A stretch of DNA of 64,000 bases from Candidatus Marinacidobacterales bacterium (GCA_965219415.1 OZ244742.1:832001-896000); one strand, 5' to 3'. Numbered from the stretch's first letter, positions 10,828 to 22,017 are shown. Notes: generated by a model not told the origin, from the letters alone. A program made the numbers and translations.

Positions 10828-12744
10828 ATGCTGAAGTACTTTCGAAATCGCCAGACGATGGGCTACCTGGTGGGCGTGATCCTGCTGGGGCTTGTTATCT
10901 TTGCTTTCATCGCTTTCTACATTCCTGATTTCCTCGGACCGGCGGGCGGAGCCGGCTTGACCGGTGAGATCGCGCGCGTCGAGGGGGTAGCGATCTCGGC
11001 GCAACAGTTCCAGCAACGCTACCGTCTTCAAGAGCAGGTCTATCGAGCCCAGCTCGGTCAACAGTACTCGGCTGCGCTGATGCGGCAATTGGGGCTGGAG
11101 GACCTCGTCCTGCGCGGGCTCATTCAGGACGCCCTGCTCGTTGTGGAAGCCGAACGGCAGGGTCTAACGGTCAGCGATGAAGAGCTGGCGGCGCGCATCG
11201 TTCGAGATCCGACATTCCAAAGTAACGGCCAATTCATCGGACGGGGCGCCTACATGCAGACGCTATCCCAAAATGGATGGACGGCGGGACAGTACGAGGC
11301 CGAGCTTCGCAGTCAAATCCTGCGCCAGAAACTGCAGACGCTCATCACCGATGGCGTCCTCGTTGGTTCCGAAGAAGTCGAGCGCGAGTATCGCAACCGT
11401 AACGAGATGGCCAAGTTAGAGTACGTGTACGTGCCCAAGGAACCGATCGACGCAAGCAAGGAAGTTGCCGACGAAGAGGTCGCCGCTTTCTTCGAAGAAA
11501 ACAAAGAACGATATCGGCTCCCCCTGCAACGCAAGATCCGATACCTAGCGATTACCGCTCAGCCCTTCCAGGCTTCGGTGACGGTTAGCGAGCGCGAAAT
11601 AGAACGTGACTACAACCGGAATCTTAGTCTCTACGAAACACCCATACGGTTAAGGGCCAGCCATATTCTGTTCAAGACCGCGGACAAGGACGAAGAGGAA
11701 GTTCGGCGCCAAGCCGAGGCGGTGCTAGCTGAGGTGAAGTCGGGTGGTGACTTCGCGGCTCTGGCAAAGGAACATTCCGAGGATACATCGGCGGAGCAGG
11801 GTGGGGATCTCGGCTTCTTTGGCCGAGGAGAGATGGTGCCCGAGTTTGAACAGGCGGCCTTTTCGTTGAGCATCGGAGATACCTCAGGGTTAGTAAAGAG
11901 CGCCTACGGTTTCCACATCATCAAGGCGACCGAACGGCAAGAGCCATTCGCCCGGGAGCTCGCCGACGTGCGAGACGAGATAAGGAGTCGGCTGACTCAG
12001 GAAAAAGCCGTGGCGCTGATGGGCGATGCGGTGACCCAAGCCGGCGAATACCTGCGTAGCACAGAGAACTTGGAAGGATTGGCACAGCAGTACGATCTCC
12101 TGACCACGCAAGAGACCGAATTCTTCGGGCGCCAGGACGCAGTCCCGCAGCTCGGTGGCTCCCAAGGTCTCAGAAGCTTGGTCTTCGAGCTCCCCATCGG
12201 CGAAGTATCGCCACCGCTCCGCCAGGGGCAAGACTATGTCTTCTTCGAAGTACTCAAAGAAAGAGAGTCCCACGTTCCCGAGTTCGAAGACGTTCGGGAG
12301 CAGGTGAAGAAAGACATGTTGGACGAAGGAGCGGTGGACGCTGCACGCTCGAAGGCCCAAGAGATCCGTCTCAAGTTGGCCGACGCTCGAACCGCGGCCG
12401 ACGCAACCAAGGCGGCGGGCGCCGAGCTCAAGACCGCGGATAGCTTTTACCGAGGAACGCAGCTACCCGAGGCCGGTCGCTCGCCAGCGGTGCAAGATGC
12501 CGCATTTGGTAATGAGACCGGCACTTTTTCCGCGCCACTTCCGTCGCCCAACGGTTTCATCGTCCTCCGTGTGGTAGAGCGAACCGGATACGATCCCGAG
12601 AAGTTCGCTTCCGAAAAAGACACCTTTACCGAACAAGTGCTCACCCAAAAGCGGCAGCAGTTCTGGGCCGCCTATCTGCAGGCTCTCCAGCAGCGTTCGT
12701 CGGTCGAAGTAGACCGAGACACCCTCCGGGCCCTAACGGGATAA
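10828..12744 (+). CDS. ppiD: PpiD/SurA-family periplasmic folding chaperone (parvulin PPIase)
   Basis: N-terminal TM, SurA N domain, RASHIL...SED..SA.QGGDLG...MVPEFE...YGFHII parvulin motif. Confidence 0.88.
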   Translation: MLKYFRNRQTMGYLVGVILLGLVIFAFIAFYIPDFLGPAGGAGLTGEIARVEGVAISAQQFQQRYRLQEQVYRAQLGQQYSAALMRQLGLEDLVLRGLIQDALLVVEAERQGLTVSDEELAARIVRDPTFQSNGQFIGRGAYMQTLSQNGWTAGQYEAELRSQILRQKLQTLITDGVLVGSEEVEREYRNRNEMAKLEYVYVPKEPIDASKEVADEEVAAFFEENKERYRLPLQRKIRYLAITAQPFQASVTVSEREIERDYNRNLSLYETPIRLRASHILFKTADKDEEEVRRQAEAVLAEVKSGGDFAALAKEHSEDTSAEQGGDLGFFGRGEMVPEFEQAAFSLSIGDTSGLVKSAYGFHIIKATERQEPFARELADVRDEIRSRLTQEKAVALMGDAVTQAGEYLRSTENLEGLAQQYDLLTTQETEFFGRQDAVPQLGGSQGLRSLVFELPIGEVSPPLRQGQDYVFFEVLKERESHVPEFEDVREQVKKDMLDEGAVDAARSKAQEIRLKLADARTAADATKAAGAELKTADSFYRGTQLPEAGRSPAVQDAAFGNETGTFSAPLPSPNGFIVLRVVERTGYDPEKFASEKDTFTEQVLTQKRQQFWAAYLQALQQRSSVEVDRDTLRALTG

Positions 12745-12770
12745 GACGGAATGATCGGACGAGACCGCCC

Positions 12771-13121
12771 ATGAAGCTCGATCTACGCGAGAAAAAAAGT
12801 GTGGCCATCCTCGACGTCTCGGGGCCGGTCACTTCGGGCGGCGGCGACGCGATGATTCAGGAAGCTATCGACACGCTGGTAGCGTCCGGGATGACGAAGA
12901 TCCTGCTCAACTTATCCAAAGTCGACTTCATGGACAGCGCAGGAGTCGGTGAGCTGGTAGCCAGCCATCGCATGGTGGAACGGTTCGGCGGCAAGCTCAA
13001 GGTCTTGAGCGCCTCTCCCAAGGTGCGGAGCTCTCTCTCCACTGCCAAGCTCCTCCCCCTCTTCGAAGTATTCGAGGATGAGGCGGAAGCCCTCGAGAGC
13101 TTCGGCGACAGCGAATCCTGA
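12771..13121 (+). CDS. STAS-domain anti-sigma factor antagonist
   Basis: NLSKVDFMDSAGVGEL motif with the phosphorylatable Ser. Confidence 0.9.
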   Translation: MKLDLREKKSVAILDVSGPVTSGGGDAMIQEAIDTLVASGMTKILLNLSKVDFMDSAGVGELVASHRMVERFGGKLKVLSASPKVRSSLSTAKLLPLFEVFEDEAEALESFGDSES

Positions 13122-13123
13122 CC

Positions 13124-14339
13124 TCACTCGTGTCTTAGAGCGTCGACCGGGTTCTTACTCGCCGCCTCCCACGCAGGGAAGATCCCAAATCCCACTCCGG
13201 TTGTTCCCGCCAAGATCAAAGCGGTGAGCAATGTCGCACCGCTGGTGGCCGTCGGCCAACCTGCGAACCGGGATACCGCGAACGAGGCCACGACACCAAG
13301 AAGGATCCCGGCTGCGCCTCCCGCTCCGGTCAGGAGCACCGCTTCCGCCAGGAACTGCTCGACGATGTCGACTCGACTAGCTCCCAGAGAGCGCCGTATC
13401 CCTATCTCCCGCGTGCGCTCGCTGACATTGGCCAGCATGATGTTCATGATGCCAATCCCGCCGACGAGAAGCGAGATGGCCGCCACCGTCCCCAACCACC
13501 ACATTAAACTGAAAACGTGCCCGTTCGTAGCCAGCGAGCAAATCCTTTGGCACTACTACGTCGAAATCGCTCGCTCCCCGATGGCGTCTTCGCAAGACAG
13601 AGTCGATCAACCGTGCCGAACCGCTCACTTCGTCAGAATCGACTATCGTGATCGCGATCTCGTCGACAAGCCCCCGCGGCATTGGTAGAGAAGTCAGCGG
13701 AGTCAAGGCGGACCGATTGATGTCCCGCCCTCCAATGCGATTCTCGCGTTTCGATCTTTCGCGCCCCCCGAGCGTTCCGACCACCGAGTACCACTCCTCC
13801 CCGACCCGCACTCTTTTCCCCATTGCATCCTGATACGGAAACAAACCCTTGGACAGATCGTGTCCCAGCACGATGACGCGTTTGGCATCTCGCAAGTCAG
13901 AGTCGGAGAGGAATCTTCCGCTTGCGATCACCACCTCTTCGGTACTCTCGAACGAAGGTGTCGTCGCAATCAGCAGTGCCTCGACTCTCCGATTTGACGC
14001 GACAACCTGAACCGAGCGTACCCGCAACGGTGCAAGGTTCGCCACGGTTGGACAAACCTCCGAGATCGCTTCTGCATCTCGGAGGGTGAGCCCCGGCGAT
14101 TGAAGAGCCACCGCCTCGCTCTCCGCTTCTTCGGAGAGCCCGCCCGCCCGGACCGAGATTCTCGTCAACCCCAATCGTCCGATCTCGGCGAGGATTTCGC
14201 GGCGCGCTCCTTCCCCAACCGACATCATCGAGACCACGGCGGTGACACCGAAGACGATTCCGATCGCCGACAAAGTCGAGCGCAGTTTATGGAGAGCGAG
14301 TCCTTGCCATGCCAGCGGCCCGAGTACTCGTGGGCTCAT
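13124..14339 (-). CDS. MacB-type ABC transporter permease, frameshifted at a G4 run (13490-13493)
   Basis: ORF 13377-14339 (LRSTLSAIGIVFGV, periplasmic domain) joins ORF 13124-13504 (GGIGIMNIML..ERTREIGIRRSLGA) by removing one G. Confidence 0.9.
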
Positions 14340-15040
14340 GACGTGACCGAACCCGGGGTTCGGGTTCCCACTAAACTTCCGTCGTTCAGCTCTATGACGC
14401 GCTCGGCCCGACGGCCAACCGCATCGTCGTGCGTGATCAAAACGATCGTCCGTCCTTGGTCGCGGAGCTCGAGTAAAAGGTCGAGAACATTTTCACCCGT
14501 TCGGGAATCAAGGTTTCCCGTCGGCTCGTCGGCCAAGAGGATATCGGGCTCATTGACCAGCGCCCTGGCCAGCGCGACCCGTCGGGCCTCTCCACCCGAA
14601 AGCTCCGCCGGACGGTGGGATGCCCTCTCGAGGATCTCGAGCCTTTCAAGAGCCGCCAAGGCCCTGCGCCGCCACTCTCGCTGCGGTCGATCGCTATAAA
14701 GAAGGACCGTCTCGATGTTCTCCACGACGTTCATCTGCGGGATCAAGTTGAACGATTGAAAAAGAAAACCGATGCGCCGACTACGGAGACGGCTCGCGGC
14801 GCGATCATCTAGCCCCGCAACATTTTCGCCGTCGAGAAGGATTCGACCCGAGGTCGGGGTGTCGAGACAACCCAGAAGGTTAAGGAGAGTCGATTTTCCG
14901 GAGCCGGACGGCCCCATGATGGCCAGGAAGCTCCCGCGCTCGACCCGCAGGCTGACACCGACAAGCGCAATGAGATCGTTTCGCGGACGAGTGTAGACTT
15001 TGCCCACGTCGATGGCCTCGAGCAAAGGTGAAGCCCCCAT
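14336..15040 (-). CDS. ABC transporter ATP-binding protein (MacB/LolD type)
   Basis: GPSGSGKST Walker A, LSGGE signature, DEPTGNLD. Confidence 0.95.
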   Translation of the reverse strand: MGASPLLEAIDVGKVYTRPRNDLIALVGVSLRVERGSFLAIMGPSGSGKSTLLNLLGCLDTPTSGRILLDGENVAGLDDRAASRLRSRRIGFLFQSFNLIPQMNVVENIETVLLYSDRPQREWRRRALAALERLEILERASHRPAELSGGEARRVALARALVNEPDILLADEPTGNLDSRTGENVLDLLLELRDQGRTIVLITHDDAVGRRAERVIELNDGSLVGTRTPGSVTS

Positions 15041-15057
15041 CGGCGACGGGATTCGCC

Positions 15058-15606
15058 CTAAGATCCCATGGGCGATACGATGTCCAAGAAGCCGGTCCCT
15101 TTGTTCCCGAGTGAACCGTCGTCGGTCGGGTCACGGAGAAGCACCCTTTCTCCTTGCTCCAGGCCGGCTTCGATCACGATGTGGTTCTCGTTGCTCGGAC
15201 CGGTCAAAACCTCCCGCACCTGTGCCTTTCCCTGGCGAAGCACAAAGCAGTAGCGGCGGCCGCCCTTTTCGAACACCGACTCCAGGGGAACGTAGCGGGC
15301 GTTGTCGATTTGTTCGACGAGTAGCTCGACGCGCGCACTCATGCCGGGCCGAAGACGAGGATCAACCCTCTTGACCAGAATCGTCACCCGGAAGTACTTA
15401 CCCGATGGACCACCTGGCTCCTGCTGGGCGAGCGCTCCAATGAAACTGACATCGCCCTGCAGTTGGAGTTGCGGGTAGGCCTCCACGAAAATGAGAACGC
15501 GCTGGTTCTTCTCCACCTTGTAGATGTCGGTTTCACGAATCTGGGTTTCGGCCACCATTTGAGACAAATCTGGCACCATGACGATGGGCTGATTCGGCCA
15601 CACCTC
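15058..15606 (-). pseudogene. C-terminal fragment of a MacA/HlyD-type periplasmic adaptor
   Basis: VWPNQP..PDLSQM...E.DI..V, LRPGMSA and GLEQGERV match adaptor C-terminal halves; TM and helical hairpin are absent and replaced by kinase sequence. Confidence 0.8.
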
Positions 15607-16646
15607 CCGGCGCGGCCCATTGCGGTGGGCGGTACCGAGGTTCCACGTGCCGTCCGGTAACCGCGGCCGGTGCTGCCGGGAGAAGTGCGTCCCATGCGAC
15701 CGGAGCTTCCGGGGCGCATAGTGCCCCGCCGTCCACTTCCTACGCCGGAGGGAGTGTCCCGCGGCGGCGCCGACTCCGGGTCGAACGCAGTATCAAAAAG
15801 AGTATCTTCGGAAATTGCGCCTTCGAAGACGCGGAGAAACTCCTTGATGTCATCCGCCATTGTCTCGGCGGACTCGTATCGCTCATCGGAGTCTTTCGCC
15901 AAGGCAAGGCCGACGATGTCTTGGAGCTGGTCGATCTGTTGTCCATCCGGTAGAACGAGCAGCGGTGGTTCGTTGGTCAGGATCTTATAGAACGTCGCTT
16001 GAATGTTCTCGCCGGTGAAGGGCTTCTTGTTCGTTAGCAGCCGATAGAGAATGATGCCGACGCTGAAAATGTCGGAACGACCGTCGACCTTTTGTCCGCG
16101 TATTTGCTCCGGAGACATGTAGTCGGCAGTGCCAAGTATGGCGCCGGTTTGGGTCTGCGAGGACTGCATCCACCGCGCCACGCCGAAGTCCATGATCTTG
16201 ACTCCACCGCCCTCCATGACAAAGACATTGGCCGGCTTGATGTCGCGGTGAACGATCCCGGCGCCGTGGGCATGCGCCAGCCCCCGACAAACCTGAGCCA
16301 CGATTTCCAAGCGTTGCCCGAACGAAGGAGGGTCCTTGCGAATTCTTCTTTCGAGGTCGGTGCCCTTGAGGAGCTCCATCGCGATGAAGGGAGAGCCTCC
16401 CTCGTCGTAGCCAAGGTCGTAGATGGTGACTATATTGGCATGCTGGAGCCTGGCCACCGCCTTGGCCTCACGCTCGAAACGCTGGCGCAAGTCATCGTCA
16501 GAGACGATAGTGCTGGCCATGACCTTGAGCGCCACTTCGCGCTCGAGAACGGGATCCCAGTCGAGATACACAACGCCCATCGCACCTTTGCCAAGATCCT
16601 TTCGGATCTCGTACTTGCCGAGTTTGCCGATGGGTGTTTGAGACAT
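15607..16646 (-). CDS. Hanks-type Ser/Thr protein kinase, apparently truncated at its C-terminus
   Basis: GKGAMGVVY, VALK, HRDIKPAN, DFG, YMSPEQ; a G/R/P/T-rich linker runs out of frame into the adaptor fragment (ORF ends 15384). Confidence 0.88.
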
Positions 16647-16806
16647 ATGTCCTTGGCGATATTCACGCCTTTAGCTATTTTAGCAAAGAATTTCGAGCTT
16701 GTTGACCCCCATGCCGGACCCTAAACAGGTGTCGCCCCCACCCCTTGGGGGCAGAAACTGCGGCATTTCGCCCATCCCGTATCGCCTCCCAGGCCGACCT
16801 GGGAGG

Positions 16807-16835
16807 TTGACTGCCAGCCATACATCCATTAGATT
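16807..16835 (+). promoter_or_regulatory. sigma70-type promoter for gdhA leader
   Basis: TTGACT (16807-16812), 17 nt, TAGATT (16830-16835). Confidence 0.6.
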
Positions 16836-16840
16836 AGCGC

Positions 16841-16928
16841 CGCCCTGAACGGCCGCCGGTGCAAGGATCGAAACGGGGCCCCCACGCGGGCCGGAACCAA
16901 ACTTGCACGCGGTCGTTCCACGAGGACG
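16841..16928 (+). ncRNA. Candidate structured RNA / 5' leader hairpin
   Basis: GAACGGCCG (16847-55) pairs with CGGTCGTTC (16910-18); GTGCAAG (16859-65) with CTTGCAC (16902-08); GGCCC/GGGCC apical stem; starts at the predicted TSS. Confidence 0.4.
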
Positions 16929-16933
16929 AAGCC

Positions 16934-16990
16934 CAGCAGAAGGGTTGAAGAATTCACGGCACCCCGGCGCGAACGGAGCGAGCACTCTAA
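16934..16990 (+). repeat. Short copy of the MITE/REP-like repeat family
   Basis: AGCAG..GTTGAAGAATTCACGGCACCC matches the 5' ends of the copies at 23251 and 27967. Confidence 0.6.
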
Positions 16991-17184
16991 ATGTCACCGA
17001 AGGCGGCTCCAACCGGACGGACCGCTCCCAAGCTCTCTATGGCGAAGAACTGCCCATGGGACGCCCTCGCTACAAAACCGTGACCGCCCTCATTCGACGG
17101 CCTGCCGCGATGCCCCAGAGTCGCGACCGCTCGTCGTTCGCTAACATCCGAAAGGCCAGTTGACACCCCACGCGGAGGAAAATA

Positions 17185-18450
17185 ATGGCGACCACACAAA
17201 TCAAGGAAAACCTGAATCCTTTTCACATCGCTTCGCAACAATTCGACAACGCGGCTGAAATCCTGAATCTGAGCTCGGGGATGCGCGAGGTGCTCCGAAG
17301 CCCGAAGAGGCAACTCGTGGTCTCCATTCCGACAAGGATGGACGATGGTCAAGTGAGAGTCTTCGAAGGCTATCGTGTGCAGCACAATATTGCGCGAGGC
17401 CCAGCAAAGGGTGGCATCCGATACCACCCCAACGTCACTTTGGACGAGGTGAAGGCGCTCGCGGCTTGGATGACGTGGAAGACCGCGACCGTGAACGTCC
17501 CCTACGGCGGTGGAAAAGGCGGAGTTATCTGCGATCCTAAGAACATGTCCGAAAGAGAGCTCGAGAATATGACGCGGCGTTTCGCAGCCGAGCTCTCGAT
17601 CATCATCGGGCCCGATCGAGACATCCCCGCTCCCGATGTCTACACCAACGCTCAAACCATGGCCTGGATCATGGACACCTATAGCATGATCCAAGGACAC
17701 TCCACTCTCGCCGTCGTAACCGGCAAGCCGATCGAGCTAGGCGGATCGCGTGGTCGGCACGAGGCGACTGCCCGGGGTTGTCTCTTCACCATCCGGGAAG
17801 CGTGCAAGGAAAAAGGGATCAACCTCGAAACCGCCACCGCAGCAGTACAAGGCTACGGGAACGCCGGGTACATCAGCGCAGACTTGCTAGCCAAGGACGG
17901 TGCGAAGATCATTGCGGTATCCGATTCCCGCGCCGGTATATTGAACACGAATGGGCTCGATCCCAAGAAGGTTCTCGCTCACAAACAAGAGAACGGTTCG
18001 GTTGCGGGTTTCCCTGGCGCCGACGAGATCACCAACGAAGAGCTCCTTCAACAAAAATGTGACGTTCTAGTCCCGGCCGCGCTCGAGAACCAAATCACGA
18101 TGGATAACGCTGCTTCGGTCCAAGCCAAGATCGTGGCGGAGGCAGCGAACGGGCCGACCACGCCCGGCGCCGATGACATTCTTCACGACAAGGGCATCTT
18201 CTTGATCCCCGACATCTTGGCCAACGCCGGCGGCGTGACGGTTTCTTACTTCGAATGGGTTCAGGATATGCAGGGCTTTTTCTGGGATGAGGACGAAGTG
18301 AATCGGCAGTTGGAAAAAATCATGATCCGCGCATTTCAGGAAGTAGGTCAGTCGGCGAAAAAGCACAAGGTTCACAGTCGAATTGGGGCGTACGTTTTGG
18401 CAGTCGGCCGCGTTGCCGAAGCCACGAAGGTTCGGGGTCTCTTTCCGTAG
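17185..18450 (+). CDS. gdhA: Glu/Leu/Phe/Val dehydrogenase (glutamate dehydrogenase)
   Basis: GPAKGGIR, GGGKGG, DIPAPDV, QGYGNAG, EAANGP, ANAGGV; RBS GGAGG. Confidence 0.93.
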   Translation: MATTQIKENLNPFHIASQQFDNAAEILNLSSGMREVLRSPKRQLVVSIPTRMDDGQVRVFEGYRVQHNIARGPAKGGIRYHPNVTLDEVKALAAWMTWKTATVNVPYGGGKGGVICDPKNMSERELENMTRRFAAELSIIIGPDRDIPAPDVYTNAQTMAWIMDTYSMIQGHSTLAVVTGKPIELGGSRGRHEATARGCLFTIREACKEKGINLETATAAVQGYGNAGYISADLLAKDGAKIIAVSDSRAGILNTNGLDPKKVLAHKQENGSVAGFPGADEITNEELLQQKCDVLVPAALENQITMDNAASVQAKIVAEAANGPTTPGADDILHDKGIFLIPDILANAGGVTVSYFEWVQDMQGFFWDEDEVNRQLEKIMIRAFQEVGQSAKKHKVHSRIGAYVLAVGRVAEATKVRGLFP

Positions 18451-18499
18451 GCTCGGAGAGCCCCTTACAAGAACTTTGTCGGTTGTAAAATAGGAGCTC

Positions 18500-20770
18500 G
18501 TGACCCGCCTCCTTCCAATAATTCTCGTACTTCTGGGAGGTTCGTTAGGCGCGCTCCTACCGCTCGCCGACGGCGGCTACCTCGACCTCGCCCAGGGCCG
18601 TCAAATAAGTGTTACTGGCCGGCCGGCCCCCCCCCCGACACGGTCCTCTCGCTGGGGATCGCCGAGAAGACAGCTGGCTGGCTGGGAAGTTGGCTCCTCT
18701 TTCAGGTCCATCGTCTCGGCGGTGAACTCGGTCTGCGCGTCCTGGCCTCGGCCTGTTTGGGTGGCGGAGCCTTATTGTTGTTATTCGTTCGACCAGGCAG
18801 CGTTGGCTTCGTAACCGCGTGCGGCGCGGTTACGCTAGCCGCCACCACCCTTGACTTGTCCACGTTCCTCTTTTCTTGGCCGCTCCTGTCCGCGGTGGTC
18901 CTTTGCTTGACCACGCTCCGCGAGAAAAACAAAGTGGTGGCTACTACTACTTCTCGTGCCCCTGAGTGCCTGGTCCTTCCTCAACCGCGACGCGTTGCTG
19001 GGGCTAGCCTTGGCGGGCCTTGCCATATTCACGTTCCTGGTTCGCGCGATCACACTGGCGGGCGCTGCAGAACCGAACAAACGCTGGGCGGTTTTCAAAG
19101 AACCACTGATCTTGGCCGGGGTGGGCGTCGTCACGGCGGTTCTCATCAGCGCGAGTCCCCAAGGGTGGCAGAACATCGGGAACCCGCTCACCGAGATGGC
19201 GCTCTTGCAGCAGGCCGGAACCTCCGGTTGGACCCCGGTGTCGGTTCGAGAAGACACATTGTTCTTCGTTCTGGCCACGGCCACCGGCTTCCTCGCCCTC
19301 ACCGCACCACCTCTCGCTGTGCCGTTCGAGACCTTAGCGATGAGCTCCTTTCTCGTCCTCTCGCTCTTCTCCAAGCACTTCGTGCTGTTCTTCGCCGCGG
19401 TTGCGATGCCACCGAGTAGCCGTTACCTAGTCGCCCTCGGGGAGAAAATTCCGGCGACTCCGGGTCGATTACGGAGCGTGCTCACGAGCCCCGCAGCAGC
19501 GCTCGCCTTGGGCCTCGTACTCGTGCTCCCCCATGCGATGACATCACCGCAAGGACACCCCTTCCACACCGCAATGAGCTTCATCACGGAGCACGGCCTG
19601 GAGCGCCCGATCTTCAACGTTCCAAGCTCGGGGGGACTTGCCAGCTGGCGGGGTGAGTTGACGCCGCTCGCGTACTTGCGTCCCGAGTCCCTTGGGGCAT
19701 TCGAGGACGAGATTGTTTCGCATCGCCTCGCCGAGACTCTCGAGAACCATGACCTCGATTTCGTTCTACTCGATCGAGATTTCGCGCAACGGGCGAGGAG
19801 GCAGCTGACCGAGATCCCGGATCTGAAACCGCTGTTCTTCGATGACACCGCCCTTCTGTTTACGCGCAAAGGGGATGACTCAGGGCCACTCTCGGATCTA
19901 GCCTTTCGTTATTTCGATCCTCTCAAGATGCCCTCGGATTACGAGCCGGAAACGGTGCCCTTGGCGATCCAGGAGCTTTTCGAGCACTACGATCGGTATT
20001 CTCCCTCGGCAACGACCCTGTGGAAGTTAGGAAGTTTGCTTCTCCGAGTCGAGCGGCGAGAAGAAGCCTTGGAGGCCTTCGAGGCGGCGCACCGGCTCGA
20101 TCGAGACGAACTCCGAACGCTGCGGGCGCTTTCCCGCCTCTACATCGACAAGGGGATGTACCGTCTTGCCGAGGAGTCCGCTCGCCAAGCACTTCGTCTC
20201 ACCCGAGACGAAGAATTCACCTACAACCTCGCGCTAGCTCTCTACGGTCAGGGGCGCTATGCAGATGCTTCCCGACAGTTCGAGCGCGTGCTCGAGTTGA
20301 ATAGGGACAACCTCAAGGCCCGAAGAGCACTCGTCGATCTGTACGGTCAACTCGGTCAACTCGAGGAGTCATTCTCTCAGAAGGAAACGCTGACTGCCAT
20401 GGAAGAAACGAGAACCGGAGCCCTTCTAGGTAAGGCCCAGGAACATTACGAATTGCTCGACTTCGAAGGTGCGGCACACTTTCACCGACGAGCTCTCGAC
20501 GTGCGCCGAGATCAACCGGAGCTCCTCTGGAACCTCGCCATGATCCTCCTCACCGACGATCGCACCGAAGCGACATTGGAGGTGTTACGAGAGCTCCTCG
20601 ACCTCGCGCCGCGGCATAGCGATGCCCAACTTACCCTCGGAGTGCTCTGTGCGAGAGAGAAGAACTGCGACACGGAGGAAAGTAGGGCTCACCTGGAAGC
20701 TTTCCTCATCCTTTCACCCGATGACCTCAATATGGAGCTGGCGAAACAGGAACTTGAGAACCTCCAATAG
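18500..20770 (+). CDS. Polytopic membrane protein with C-terminal TPR repeats (GT-C/TMTC-like architecture), two compensating frameshifts
   Basis: Reading passes from frame 18500 through a C10 run (18627-36) to the frame of ORF 18757 (DTVLSLG..WLGSWLL), then near A-rich 18925-33 to the frame of 18956 (KWWLLLLLVP); TPR motifs such as YNLALALYGQGRY. Confidence 0.7.
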
Positions 20771-20859
20771 GGCCGGGCCCTATTTCACCCCGGCGCTGGG
20801 TTCCTCCACAACGAAGTCTCACCCGACGCTTGTTCGAAAGCCTTTGTACCCACGCCTCT

Positions 20860-20888
20860 TTGACTTCGAGATTCGCTTTCCCTAGAAT
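20860..20888 (+). promoter_or_regulatory. sigma70-type promoter for lpxD-moeA-moaC
   Basis: TTGACT, 17 nt, TAGAAT. Confidence 0.6.
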
Positions 20889-20933
20889 GCCTCCCGAGAC
20901 CCGAGCCCGATCGGCAAGAGAGAGAAAGACGTT

Positions 20934-21971
20934 TTGAGTAACCGGCGGTCCTTCCGCGTCGACGAGTTAGCGAAACAGGTTGGAGGGAGCCTGGTCGGTG
21001 ACGGTAGCGTCGAAATCACCGGGGTAGCATCGCTTGCAGACGCGGGACCGACCGACGTCAGCTTCTTTGCCAGCGCCAAGTACTCCGATGCGCTGGCACG
21101 CACGCGCGCAGGAGCCATCCTCTCGGTCGACAACGATCCAGAGTTAGCCATCCCTAAAATCCTCGTGTCCGATCCGTTTCTGAGCATCAATCGACTCGTT
21201 GATCTCTTCAATCCCCCAGATCAATTGAGACCACCTCCCGGTATAGATCCTCAGGCAAAGATCCCGGCCTCGGCCAAGATTGGTTCAGGAGTTTCGATCG
21301 GCCCATTCGTCTGCATCGGAGCCGAGGCAGCGATCGGTGCGAGAACCGTGCTTCACCCCGGGGTGTACGTCGGCCAGGGAGTCCAATTGGGGGACGATGT
21401 GACGCTATGGCCGAACGTCGTGATCCGCGAAGGCACTTCGATCGGTTGTCGAGTAACCGTGCATCCGGGCGCCGTAATTGGTGCGGACGGTTTCGGCTTC
21501 GCTCGGCGAAACGGTCACTTCATCAAGATCCGCCACGTGGGCACGGTGGTCATCGAGGACGACGTCGAGATTGGCGCCAATGCAACGATCGACCGTGCAA
21601 CCTTTGGTCGAACGTTGATACGACGCGGGGTTCGGCTCGACAATCAAGTCCACATCGGTCACAACGTCGAGATAGGTGAGGACACAGTCATGGCCGCGCA
21701 GTGTGGCATATCCGGCAGCACCGTCATTGGAAAGCGGGTCATGATGGGCGGTCAAGTCGGCCTAGTCGATCATTTGAACGTGGGCGACGATGCGATTTTC
21801 ATCGCCCAGTCAGGCGTGATCGGCGACATTCCTGCTGAGGCCCAGGTCTCGGGATATCCCGCCCGTTCCCATCGCGAAGTCTTGCGAGCGCAGGCGGAGA
21901 TGCGAGCCCTCCCTCGTTTGAAAGCGAAGCTCCGCGAGCTCGAGGAGAAAATCCAGCGACTCTTGAGCTGA
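20934..21971 (+). CDS. lpxD: UDP-3-O-acylglucosamine N-acyltransferase
   Basis: Hexapeptide repeats, IGADGFGF, DDVEIGANATIDRA, DNQVHIGHN, GYPA. Confidence 0.96.
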   Translation: MSNRRSFRVDELAKQVGGSLVGDGSVEITGVASLADAGPTDVSFFASAKYSDALARTRAGAILSVDNDPELAIPKILVSDPFLSINRLVDLFNPPDQLRPPPGIDPQAKIPASAKIGSGVSIGPFVCIGAEAAIGARTVLHPGVYVGQGVQLGDDVTLWPNVVIREGTSIGCRVTVHPGAVIGADGFGFARRNGHFIKIRHVGTVVIEDDVEIGANATIDRATFGRTLIRRGVRLDNQVHIGHNVEIGEDTVMAAQCGISGSTVIGKRVMMGGQVGLVDHLNVGDDAIFIAQSGVIGDIPAEAQVSGYPARSHREVLRAQAEMRALPRLKAKLRELEEKIQRLLS

Positions 21972-22017
21972 GCGCAACCCACCGATATTTTTGACACTCG
22001 ATCCACGTTTGGATACG

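Noticed and set aside
16841-16928. 6S, SRP or tRNA identity for the gdhA leader hairpin
   Set aside because: Too short for 6S, lacks the SRP GGAA/AGCAG motif, no T-loop or cloverleaf.
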